From positions 120,021 to 184,020 of the forward strand of contig NMRA01000718.1 in assembly GCA_002633005.1 (NCBI GenBank): a DNA stretch of 64,000 nt, written 5' to 3'. The stretch is from Phoronis australis. Lineage: Eukaryota > Animalia > Phoronida. The notes beneath the pieces were generated by a model, which worked only from the letters and a program-made list of their open reading frames with translations, had not been told where the DNA came from and searched no databases. Positions within the stretch are counted from its first letter, which is position 1. Each line of letters opens with the position of its first letter. Positions 44,301 to 56,300 of this stretch are shown piece by piece. The translations under genes were made by a program, and so were the position numbers.

Positions 44301-47300
44301 ATTTAAGATCCTGCAGAGGGCTTAGGAGATACAAGTATGGGCGCAACAAACAAACAAAACTACCACTAGGACGCACCACAGTAGTTGAAATCGTCGGAAA
44401 ATCATTGCCAACCGTGCTCTTCATAGCAAGAACATACATCACGTTTTTCACAATCATCCTTAAAGTGGTATGGTTGACGGAGGGACGGACGCCAATGAAC
44501 AAACAATAAAAATGGCCACTTAGGTGGCACAAAATACCTCGAATCCATCCAAAAAACGGGAGGATAGTGTCACCTCATATGTAGATGTCTAGGTGCCAAA
44601 CGCTATGTGAATCCATTGAGGACCTTTGAAGATACAGAGGTAAACGTACAAAAAATAAAATTGTCACTAGGGGGCACACTGGTAGTCCGATCTGTCCAAA
44701 AGTCGTCATCGTCTGTTGCCAACTTCATATAAATACATACATTTACTACATTTAATAAAGATCCTGTAAAGCATTTAGGAGATACAGCCATGGGCGTAAA
44801 AACAAACAAAACTGCCACAGGGGGGCGCTACAGTAGTCAAAGTCGTCGGAAAATCATCGTCAACCGTCCTCATCATAGTAACAAGTCAACATACATGCCA
44901 ATTTCATTATCATCCTTAGAGTAGTTTGGTTGATAGAGGGGTGGACGCCAAAAAATGGACTCAAAAATAGTAAAAATGGCCACTAGATGGTGCAAAATAC
45001 TTCGAATCCATTCGAAAACGAGAGGATGCCTATGTGCCAAATTTCATGAAAACTGGTTGAGGACCTTTGAAGATACAGAGGCAAACATAAAAAACTAAAA
45101 TTGCCACTAGGGGGCACAGCGGTATTTGGGTCGGCCCAGAACTCGTCGCCCTCTGTCATCAACTCCATAGAAACACACCTGCCAAATTTCAGTAACATCC
45201 TCTAAGGGGTTTAGGAGATACAGCCATGGACACCGGAAGCCCAGACAGAAATGATGGAAATATGCACCTAGTACATAAATCAATATGTGGATGCATAAAA
45301 ATGTCCTTAAGTTCATTTTTGGCATGTATAAACAGATGTCCCATACTATATTTGGTTGGAACTTTTTCAATCCAGCTGTCTCATTTTTACATTTACGAAA
45401 TAATGTAAGCTGAGCTTACATGTTCGCATTTATAGTTCACGGACATGTACCTGGGGTAATATTCACAATATGATTAATTTATAAATAAGTGTATCGACAA
45501 TAACCTCAGAACCACTTAAGATCATGCACCACCCATTAACTTAATAACTGAATTGAAAAAATACATCAGAATGCAACAAATGAAAGTAACTGACTTCTGA
45601 ACATTCACTTATAAGTATGAAATGAGCAGTGAACTTACCTGGACTCTGACTAAAGGTTGCGAATGCAATGCCTGGTGCTTGCCCATATCTGATTTCCACA
45701 ACTTCGGATCCAGATTTACTTTCCAAATAGTTGACAAGTGAGTCACGGCTTGCACTTTCAGGTATACTGCACACCGCCACTTTGCAAAGATCTAAGGGTA
45801 ACTTCTTTTTCGGTTGAACAAGTTCTACGTCGATGATAGAACCATTCAACTTGTGTTCAAATCTCTTCTGGTAAACCCTGTCAGCATCTAAAACCATAAA
45901 AAATTAGTGTAAAGAACCATACGCTAATAACTCAAAGCCTTTAAATGTCAGCAGGCCACACTATACTATTTTGGGGAAATTGGCAAAATTCATTGAAAGC
46001 TATTACAGAAATAAAAATGTTACAACCACAGAGACACCAATCTGATAGTGCAAGCCGCCAATGTGGTCCAGTTACATAACTATACACAATCTTCTCACCT
46101 GACGCTTCAGCAAAGGTCACTAAAGCTGTTCTTTTGGCGTTGTCCAGTTCTATCCTTTCCACTTTTCCTCCACCAGATTTGCGTCTGTTTTCAAAATAAT
46201 TTTCCAAATCATCATGCGATGTGTTCTCAGGTAACCTGCTGACTCCAATTGTTTTGACTGGAGGCTGCTCTTCTTCTTGTTCAGGGGGGGGTTGCGAATC
46301 CTCGTAAGTCCTAACTTGCTTGGATTTTGTGCCAACTGCAACAACATCCAGACTCACCGATTCCAACTTGATCGCCTTCTTTTGAAGAACGCGCTGTGCA
46401 TCTACAAACATGTAGATACCAAGTTAACTAACAGCCCAGAAAAAAACTATTCTGATTCTGACACCCAAAATATCCAATTCCATATTCATTATATAGTATC
46501 TTACAATTACCATCGGGGATAATTTCAGGCATGATGTCTGCATCATTGGCTAATAAACAATTTTCATTAATGCACTGCGATTGCTTAAAGCTGCATTTTG
46601 CCCTTTTAATAAATTAGCTGATTTAAACTTACACTTAGGCACCTTATTCTCATAAAACCGCTCTCATTACATCCCTTACCAGCAAGCATTGTTTCTTTAG
46701 AACAACAACTAAAGAAAACGCTTTGGTCAACTCTAATGGATTACCTGTAACTTGGGTTGGTAAGAAATTAGAAGAATTCTATGTTATTATTGTAAATAGC
46801 AGTACATGAGCCGATATGAGAGAAAATAGTATATTTTCCATTTCATGAAATAGCCACTAAAAATGGAAAAATGCACTTTTAGCTTGCATTAAAACTGTGT
46901 AGCAATCATACATTATTTTGTCTTGAATGATACGCAGTGCATTCAGATTCTAACAGAGTAAGTTGACCACAACAGTGTTAGTGATATGGAATGTGTCGAA
47001 ATACAGATGCGTCGACTTAAGTGTTTGTAGTTGTTTAGACCTATCAGTAACTGCTTGCCAACACACTAAGTAGCAAGTGAAATCGCAGACAGCAAAATGT
47101 CACCACCTCAGAAAATCAAATGAAAAATGACAGTAAATGCCCAAAGGTTATCAGTCCAAACTGAATTATAAATTTGAGGCCCTGGTGATTAATTGACAAA
47201 AAGTCATCTCTGGACCATGTAAGAATTAAGTTATCTTGCTAAAAATTCAAAGCATAGGAACTGCTCACAACTGAAATGCAAGAGTGATTGTCGTAGTGTC

Positions 47301-50300
47301 TCTGGTACCACATGCAGCATAAAGAACAGTCGTCAACTGATGAGCTATCGCATTCAGTAGGCTAAAGATTGTTGTCACGAACTCTTCTAATGACTCTGTT
47401 ACAGGACGTATCCAATGTCTCAGATGTAAGACTTGTACAATGTCCCGGTCTTCGAAAACAGATTCTTGAAGTTGGTACGCCATTCAGAGAAGCAGTTCTG
47501 AGCAGCTTGCATCTTTCTAGCTCCAATTTGCAAATGCTATAATTTCTATGAATTTTTGCCATTATCTTTTCCTATATATATATTAATATGTATAGTTTGG
47601 TAGCAGCCCTTCATTCACACAAACTTCGTGTTTTCAACGTAGTCTGTATGTATGAAATTTAATGTAGTACAATTCATTCAGTTTTACACTTGTTTTGTAA
47701 TTTAATTCTACCAAATATTTCCGCCTGGACCCACATCGAAAACAAGGAATTCACTGAAGAGTACCCCGCGAGTTTTAGCAAAACTTAACTAAATAAATTC
47801 ATTTCCTGACACCTGATATAAGGTCTCTACTGTAACATACCATCAGACAAAGCATCGTCCATGGAGGTGTCTGGAGAACACAATTCCGTGGTGAGCACAG
47901 AGCCACCTAGTTGCAATTCAGGATAGTCAGCAACATTTCTGGCAACTAAATAGTAAAAAACAATACCGTCAGAATTACATGACAAAGACATTGAACAATT
48001 AAAGAAGCACTGCGTGCTAGAAAGCGAATAACAAAGTACATGACTGTGTACAAATAGGCTTTAAATTATCTGCTATATTCTGTACCTTCTTCTGATCCAT
48101 AGTCGACTACAGCCACAGTTCGCTTGTCGTTCACACGAACACTTTTAACGCAACTTCCACCACACTTCTTTGGGTTGTCAAAGAAAAGTTCTATAAGATC
48201 ATTTGATGTCTTTGGGTTGAAGTTCGTTACGCGCACTGAGGTCATAGGTAATGTTTTAGTCAGGCTAGCACTTCCGTCAGAGGTAGGGCCATCATCCTCT
48301 GTATTCATTTGTTCTACCTCTTCGTCTGGATTACATTGGACGACAGTTAACAAGGCTCCAAGGAGGACATGCTCCGGTCTTTCTGCAACTCGTTTTGCAA
48401 CTAGAACCAGAAGTCATGATACAACTACTGCTAGATATAATCTACAACAGGTCAAAGTTGATGAAAAATTTGTTTAAGCTCCTATACATCAATTCACAGT
48501 TCAGTTATTAATGTTTTCACTATTCACCAGCTATTCCTTCGAACTAACTATGGCAACAAACTGATCAAAAGTCCGGCTGCTACCTAAAAATTAGCTGTCT
48601 GTGACTCCATAAATTGTTATTATCACCTCAACAGCAATGTGTCATCTCATTGACGTGGGAATAATTATTAGTAACAAATTTTTCTTTGTAAAATTTGCAT
48701 AGCTAAAAGCCATCAAACCTTCCACTGATCCAAAATCAATCACCGCTACAGTTTGTTCGGCGTTCATCCATTTGTTTTTAATGTCATCCCCATCTGATTT
48801 CTTTGCGCTTTCAAAATAAAGCTCCAGAGCTTCCAAAGTCGAGTCTTCATTCAGTCCAGTCACGCGAACACCTGTCCTTGGTTTCGGAACGTAGAGCTTC
48901 ACTTTGAGTTTGTGACTCAGGATTGTGTGATCAGCTCTGCTCAACACAGAATCGACGACTGAAATTAGTAGGTAGGCAAGTTAGGTATAGGCCTTCATAT
49001 TAAATACTCAAAGTGAATAAAATGATACCAAACATGTAAAATAACATTTTAACTTGTGACCTAGTCATTTTGACTTACCCCTTGGATCCTCAAATTCCAT
49101 CAAAGCTTTCTTCTTGTTAGAATCCAACTGTAGACTCTTAAGGTTTCCGCCACCTGACTTTTTATTATTCTCAAAATACAGTTCAAGCATCTCCATAGAG
49201 AGAACTTCTCCAAATCCACTTACTTCAAGGAGACGGGGCATGCCTAGAAAAATATTGTGCATGTAGGAAAGAGACACAACACTCAATGACATTTAACGAG
49301 CAATAATAGTAATGCACAGGGCTCAAAAGGTGCCAGACATCAAGTTTTTTAAAGAAGTATTCCTCCACAAACAACGTAGTGGAAAATCATCAGCTGATGG
49401 TGACGAGACTAGAACCATTCGAGAGCACCAACAGAAAATAAAATTACAATACTCCACACAAAACATCAATCTTAATATATTGCTTCCCAGGGTGGAAGAG
49501 GGCATCAGTTAAAATCATACCATCACTGATGCTGTCTACGATAGGTAAATATATAGTGTATTACAAGACAGTATCTGAAATCTGCATTTTTGCAAAAATC
49601 TCACTGGATGAGCGAAGCCACATGGGCATTGCAAATTCTGAATAAAGTGACAAGGACAAACTTGGACCACCCAATTCAGAAATAATTGTCATTCACTGGA
49701 AAGAAAGAGGAAATGTGATTGCTTTTTTCCTGGAATACAATCATTACGTTAATCATTTTATCAAATCTGCTTTTGGCACTCACTGTAATTTCTCATTATT
49801 TAGCACAACATGGTCGACAAGGTTAGGCTACTATTGTCACATTTCTCCACAAAAGATTAATTATTAAATAATATAATTTTAGTCTACCTGAGCATAATTT
49901 GTAGTGCGGAGATAAAGTAAAACAACATTTTGCAGTTTCCATTCTCTGCAGCAAGGTAAACTGCCTTTGAAAAATAGAGAAATGTCTAAGTTCATTTGGC
50001 AATAATTTCTGTACAGAATAAGTGGAGAGTTATTGTACACCAAAAGTTGTGTTCCTGACAGACCTATAAGATTAAACTTCGAAATGCCCTCACTCACACT
50101 ACAAACTCTGCAGATAAGTGCGCATCAGTGCATCGTTGGGAATACTGGGTACTTTCATTGCCTTAGTTTTACTCTCATAAGAGCACATCTGGTCATGAAT
50201 CAGTCATATGATAGCTAAGTCCACTGAATTTGAGGCTACGAAAAAAACCCAAGTTGGTCTTGCATCAGTTTTAAAGTTTGTCTTAGATAATTGTAAGGTA

Positions 50301-53300
50301 CACGAATAAGCCATAAAATATAATTACTAAAACTGCTGTTTTACTTGATGCCTAGCTGACTGTGTGAATTAAATGCATCGATAACACTGTGTGGCTGCAG
50401 ATTCATGTCATTGCTTGTGGAGCGTGTGCTGCAGAAATTGGATTCAAAGCAAGCACAAGTTGTAACTTAATTAATATGCTACTATTTCTGAATTGTGTGG
50501 ATATTTGTTTACAATAAAGACAAATTCACACAATAAGCAGTTTCACCAGGATTTCATGATGAAATTACAGTAGGAATTTCTTAATGATAATCCAAGAAAT
50601 TTACCTTAAACACCAATGTTGACTGCTTCCTTCCTCAGTGTGACCCAAGTTCACAGGGTCACATTGAAGAAGGAAGCGGTAAACATCGGCTTCCTAAAAC
50701 TTCTGCTGTTTAAGGTAAATTTTCTGGATTATCAGAAGAAATTTCTACAGTAATTGTAAATTCACTTGATGGTGACACCAAACTAGGTAGAAACAATATT
50801 TCAGCAAAGACAGCCAAGAATGGTTTGTAACGAGTCGATCAAAGAAATCAGGGCAGCTACATCCACTGGGTGGGTTCTCAAATTGCAATTTTCGGCTGAT
50901 GTTAACATCATGCAAATGGAATATTAAATTATAACCAATCAGTCAATGTCTCTATATTGTCAATGAAACACACAATGAGCCCACTTACGTTACAAAAAAG
51001 CAGTCATCGTGAAGAAGCAGTGAATAACTTACTGGTTGGAAACGATTCGTGAAAACCTGGAGGCGGTGAAACATGTTGGAGACCATGAGAGGGCAGTGCA
51101 GCTGCAGAAACAATAAGGAAGACGGTTTTCACTGTGTCAAATGAGATCAGTGACACAAATGGGTTTTTAGCCCGACTATAAATTAGGCTTTCTATGACAC
51201 TACTTTACTTTGCTTTCAAAAATAAGCAAGTGTCAAGTAAAGTACTAGCCACTGTTACATACACCATTTATTTGTACAAGAGCACTAGAAGTAGACCTTC
51301 ATCACACATAGCTGATTCATCTTCCTAGCTACACCAGTGTTGTATCCATCATTGTCTGGCTGTTTGACAATGGTTCATCACTGTCACCCAAGTACAGTAT
51401 TAGAAAACATCTATTGCCAAATAACTTTAAGATTAAAACTACGGTAGCTACTAAATATGCCAGCACTGCTGACACTTGTCAGCAGTGTTTGTAATGTGGA
51501 AAAGATCTTGTGCTAGAATTAACTTTGCAGCACAATAATGAAGGGTTTTAGCTAACCAAAATTGTTTTTCATCTGTCACAACAGTGTGTAGTGTCACACA
51601 TCCTTAAAATTTGACCATAGTGTGCTTCTTTCAAGTCAGTGAATAGACAATGAAGAAGAGCAATGACAGTTATGACTGTGTTGTTGACAACAAGGAATAA
51701 TTCGGACTAAAAGATCCATTGAGGAGTTTGGCAGGTAAAGGGGCAAATGCTAATAAGCAAACTCAAAATCATAAAAATAGCCACTAATATGTTGAATCTG
51801 TCTGAAAATTGAAAGGCATAGTTGTCGCCTTAATAGAAATCTATACGTCAAATTTCAAAAACTCCATCGACGAAAAGCAAAGATACAGAGGCAAACTTAA
51901 AAAATGTCACTAGGGGGCAAAACTTGTAGTCAAATTGGTCTGAAGGTCGTGGTCAGCTGTAATCATCTCCATAGGAACAAGTCTGCCACATTTCAAAAAG
52001 ATACCCAAATTAAAGAGTCAAGGGAGATACAGCTGTAAACACAAAAAATGCCACTAGGAGTCACCACAGCCATCGAGCCCATCGGAAAACAAGAGGTAGC
52101 CGCGGTATTTCATCATTAACACACATACCAATTTTCAAAATGATCCTGTATGCGGTTTGGCGAATAGGATGGCGAATGTCAAAAACGTACCCAACATTTT
52201 TTTTAAATTGTCAGCGTGTGGCAGAAATATTACTTCAAATGCTATCGACGCAAAAGTTCAGGGGGACGCTGAGTAGAGCAATCGGAACTTATGCCACCCA
52301 GGATCTAAGGCCCTTACCAAATAAACACCGCTAATGGGCACTTAACTGAACCAAACTGGCTAACTCTTTTATACGGGCCAGTTGCTGTTCTCTTTTGGTG
52401 TGTACGCCTAAGTTCCCACACTTAAATTGCTTGAGTTCTACATATCCAGCAACAAGTGATTGCTAAATAACTCAAACGTATACGTGCAATCAGTCCCAGA
52501 AATAAGAGCTTGAGAATTTGTTCGAGGCTCAAAACTACTCTGCTGAAAGACAATCGAATTAAAGACCAAGGCAACCTATTTTCATGTCATTTTTAGCAAA
52601 AATAAGGTTCGTTGATTATCCCAGACATAATTTCCATTAAATTACAGCTTTTTGTAATTTGATGAATTATTCGTTCTCTACTCCGGAAGTGACGTTTTAG
52701 GAGGCAAGGATTTTGTGCGAAATTTCTTTTCCTGTAGTCTGACTATATGAGCGTTGACGAGTCAGTCATAGATCTACCTCGGTTGTCATAAAGTCAGTCG
52801 CTGTTTGCTTTTGTTTACGAGTCAGTCAACATGCCACACTGTTGCTGCCTACCGGAATGTACTCATTATGGCCCAAAGCCTGTAAGCAGCCCTGCTGCGA
52901 TGTTGAGTAGTGGGAGAGAATAGTCAGGCCCCGTTCGAGTACACTCAGTGAAGAGGACAGTTCGTCGTTCAATGAACAGATCGGTGAGCCAAACTTTGAT
53001 AAGTTTATTGTGGACTTGTCTAAAGTATTGGAGCTATTTAAAAGGTGCCAGGTGTGTGGCGAGGGTGTCACACGGCAGACTCGAAAACAGCAACAAAAGC
53101 AACGTGGAGCAAGAATGCATTGAAAATGATGTTCTTTAATGATTAATCATAAAAATGTCCACTAGATGGCGCAAACAGGTACAACCTATCCAAAAACGGG
53201 TATGTCGGAATAAATACTGATTAAATAAGTAATTAGTAAGAATAGATCCATTTTAAGTTACCCAAAATTTGTGCATATGTACTGTTAAATCATGGGGACA

Positions 53301-56300
53301 GACTTGTTGACATGTACTTAAACGTCAAAATCTATTTCTAGATGTTGCTAACAACTTTGGGTTATGGGGTCAAAGAACTCTAGAGATTCTAGAAAATTCT
53401 GAGAACAAATTGGATATGATCATGTGGTTTTTATTAGCCAATCACTAAATAAGTAGAATGTTATAATATGGGCTGAAATCAACAAGATAATTAGACATGC
53501 TATAGTAGTTGAAGCATAAAGACTTGCTACAGTGTACAGAGGAAATTGTACGGCAGAGCCATCTCGTGGAAGATTCTAGAAAGGATCTTGGCAAGGGCAA
53601 GGGTTAACGAACAGGAAGTTAACTAAGAGCATGTCACTTGCATTGTGGTTAGTAAGGTACTACCTGAAGTGTTGCGTCATCAGCCAGAGACTGTGACCAG
53701 CAAGAAGAATCGCGGGTAGAAGAAATTGCCTGCAAGTGTTGCATCACCAGAGACGGTGACCAGCAAGACAGTACACTGTGCGCTATACAGTGTGTGTAGT
53801 TCGAAGATTCACCAACAGGACAGACATCCAACAAGTGGAGTCCTAAGCTTGGATAGCAGATAAGACATTTGATTATTTTGGTTGATCGATTAAAGTAATC
53901 TTTAAAGAGGGCGCTAGCGTAGTTACTCTTTTTTGTAGTTGATTACTTAATTAAGAAGGTTTCACTTGTCTAATTAGGGGTTACCATATAATAAATTAAT
54001 TGCTGGATTGGATTATTCACTTTCCATCTACGCACAATCTCAAAGCATAGCTACCTTTTAAACAAACCCATAGTCAATCTCTGACAGGGAACGTGCCATA
54101 TTTCATGAAAATCTGTCGAGGAACTTCAGAGAAACAAAGGCAAACATAATAAAATAAAAGTGCCACTTGTTAGCACAGGGTCCGTTGTATCCACCTGAAG
54201 GTCGTCGTCTGTTGTTATCTTCTTACCAAGATCTTGCAGTGGGTTTAAGAAATACAGCAATGGGCGCAAAACAAAACAAAACTAACACTAGGAGGTGCCA
54301 CAGTAGTCGGTCGCCATCATCAAATGTCCTCTTCACACAGAAAACATATATGCCAATTTTCAAAACCATCCCTAGAATAATTTGGTTGATGGAGAGATGG
54401 ACGCCAAAAACAAGATTTGAAAACAGCAAAAATGGCCACTAGGTGGCGCAAATCACCTCATGTCCATCCAAAAACATGAGGATAGCATCATCTCACCAAT
54501 AGATGGCTATATTCAAAATTTTATGAAAATCTGTTGAGAACCTTTGAGGATACAGAGTCTGGTAAACCTAAAAAACTAAAATTGCCACTAGGGGGCACAA
54601 CAGTTGTCAGATCTGTCTGAAAGTTGTCGTCCTCCGTTGTCAACATCATATAAATACACTTTCTAAATTAAGGAAAGATCCTGCAAACGGTTTATGAGAT
54701 ACAGCCATGAGCGCAAAAATAACTGCCACAGTAGTCGAATTCATCGGAAAATCATCGTCAGCCATCTACTTCATAGTAAAATTATATCATACGTGCTAAT
54801 TTTCACAATTATCCTGAGAGTGGTTTGGTTGATAGACGAGGTGGACGCAAAAAACAGACTCGAAAACAGTAAAAATGGCCACTAGGTGGAGCAAACTAGG
54901 CCAAATCCATCTAAAAATGGAGAGATAGCATCATTTCATTAACAGATGCCTGTGTGCCAAATTTTATGAAAATACGTTGTCGGCTAAATCACAATCAAGG
55001 TCCATATTCGAGAGTTAACTGTGTTACGGTCTAAAATTAATTTTTTGGTCACTTATCAAATGCCAACTAAATCTCATATGCAAAGAGTTGTTTAGTTGTG
55101 CAAATTAAAAAAAGAATCGACAAAATCGGACAATGTTTGAGAAATTTATGCATGTTTTTGTCTATGAATTTCATGCATTTTTAGCATTACGAGTGGCCAT
55201 TTTAAAAATTACAATTTTCAACAGTCAACAGTGGAAAAAAAATTATTTTATTGAGTAAGCAAATGCTTTAATAAGACTGAGAATAACTTGAGTCACTTTC
55301 AGAATCACTTAGATGAAGTTGTGCTGAATCATTGAGAACTGGTAGGGTTCATCATAAAACAGGCACTCCTTACGAAATTTGTAAATTCTGTGTTTCTAAT
55401 CCTCACCTACTGTAAAGAAGGTTAAAAACTAAAGTTCACACTCTGTAATAAAAAGAACTGCAGAATATGATAGCCTAGGCAACACAGCAAATTATTCAAT
55501 ATCTAAACAAACAGAAAGTTCGGATATTGACTGGGTTCTGCAATGTTGAAAATGGGCCAAAATGTAGTGTACGTACCCCCATGTGGAATTCAGTAACACA
55601 AAATTAATGCTCATTGCAAATGAAATTATAATCTTTTAAATAACAACATGGTGCTTATTATCACCAAAGAAAAATAAATGGACATACAACATTATGTTAC
55701 CAAGGCATGTGATGCAGAAACAGTGATGTAGTGTCTCAGTGTACGTACCCCCTTTTGTAGTGCACGTACCCCCATGTTTGCAAATGCTATGAAATTAAAA
55801 TATCAATTGGTATGTGAGCAACTTTGGTCATAGAGAGTTTCCTTCCTTAAAACTGTTAGGTTTATTTGTTATTGCAAATACATTAAATTTGTTTTGAGTG
55901 AAATATTAGCATTTGTGTAGTGTACGTACCCCCATGTTTTAATTTGTGCCTATTTTCAAAGTATGGCAGATATGCACATGAATGCCATGCTTTTTATTTT
56001 TTCTCTTTGAACTGACTTTTAAATCATCGCTTACCGATACCGAGATTGTACAACAGGAGAGATGGACAACAAAGCGCCTCATAGAGCGAGGATGGCAATA
56101 CGGAGATGCAGCAAAAACTCGTATCGGGGGAAAAGATCGAAGAGTGTGTAACCAGCACGAACTTAATTGCATCTCCAAATTTACATTGTGTGCGATACTG
56201 GAAGGAGGAGGGCCAGAGACTATCCTGGTGCCTACCCTCTGACGTCACCACAGAAACAGAAACGGAAACAGTAAATCAACTAATTCTCAGTAGATTCTTA

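Noticed and set aside
47265-47562. Cys-rich plus-strand stretch (CKSDCRS...) and short minus-strand ORFs between RRM exons
   Set aside because: Not needed for the gene frame (48086 splices in phase to 46401). Too degenerate to assign, possibly a TE remnant.
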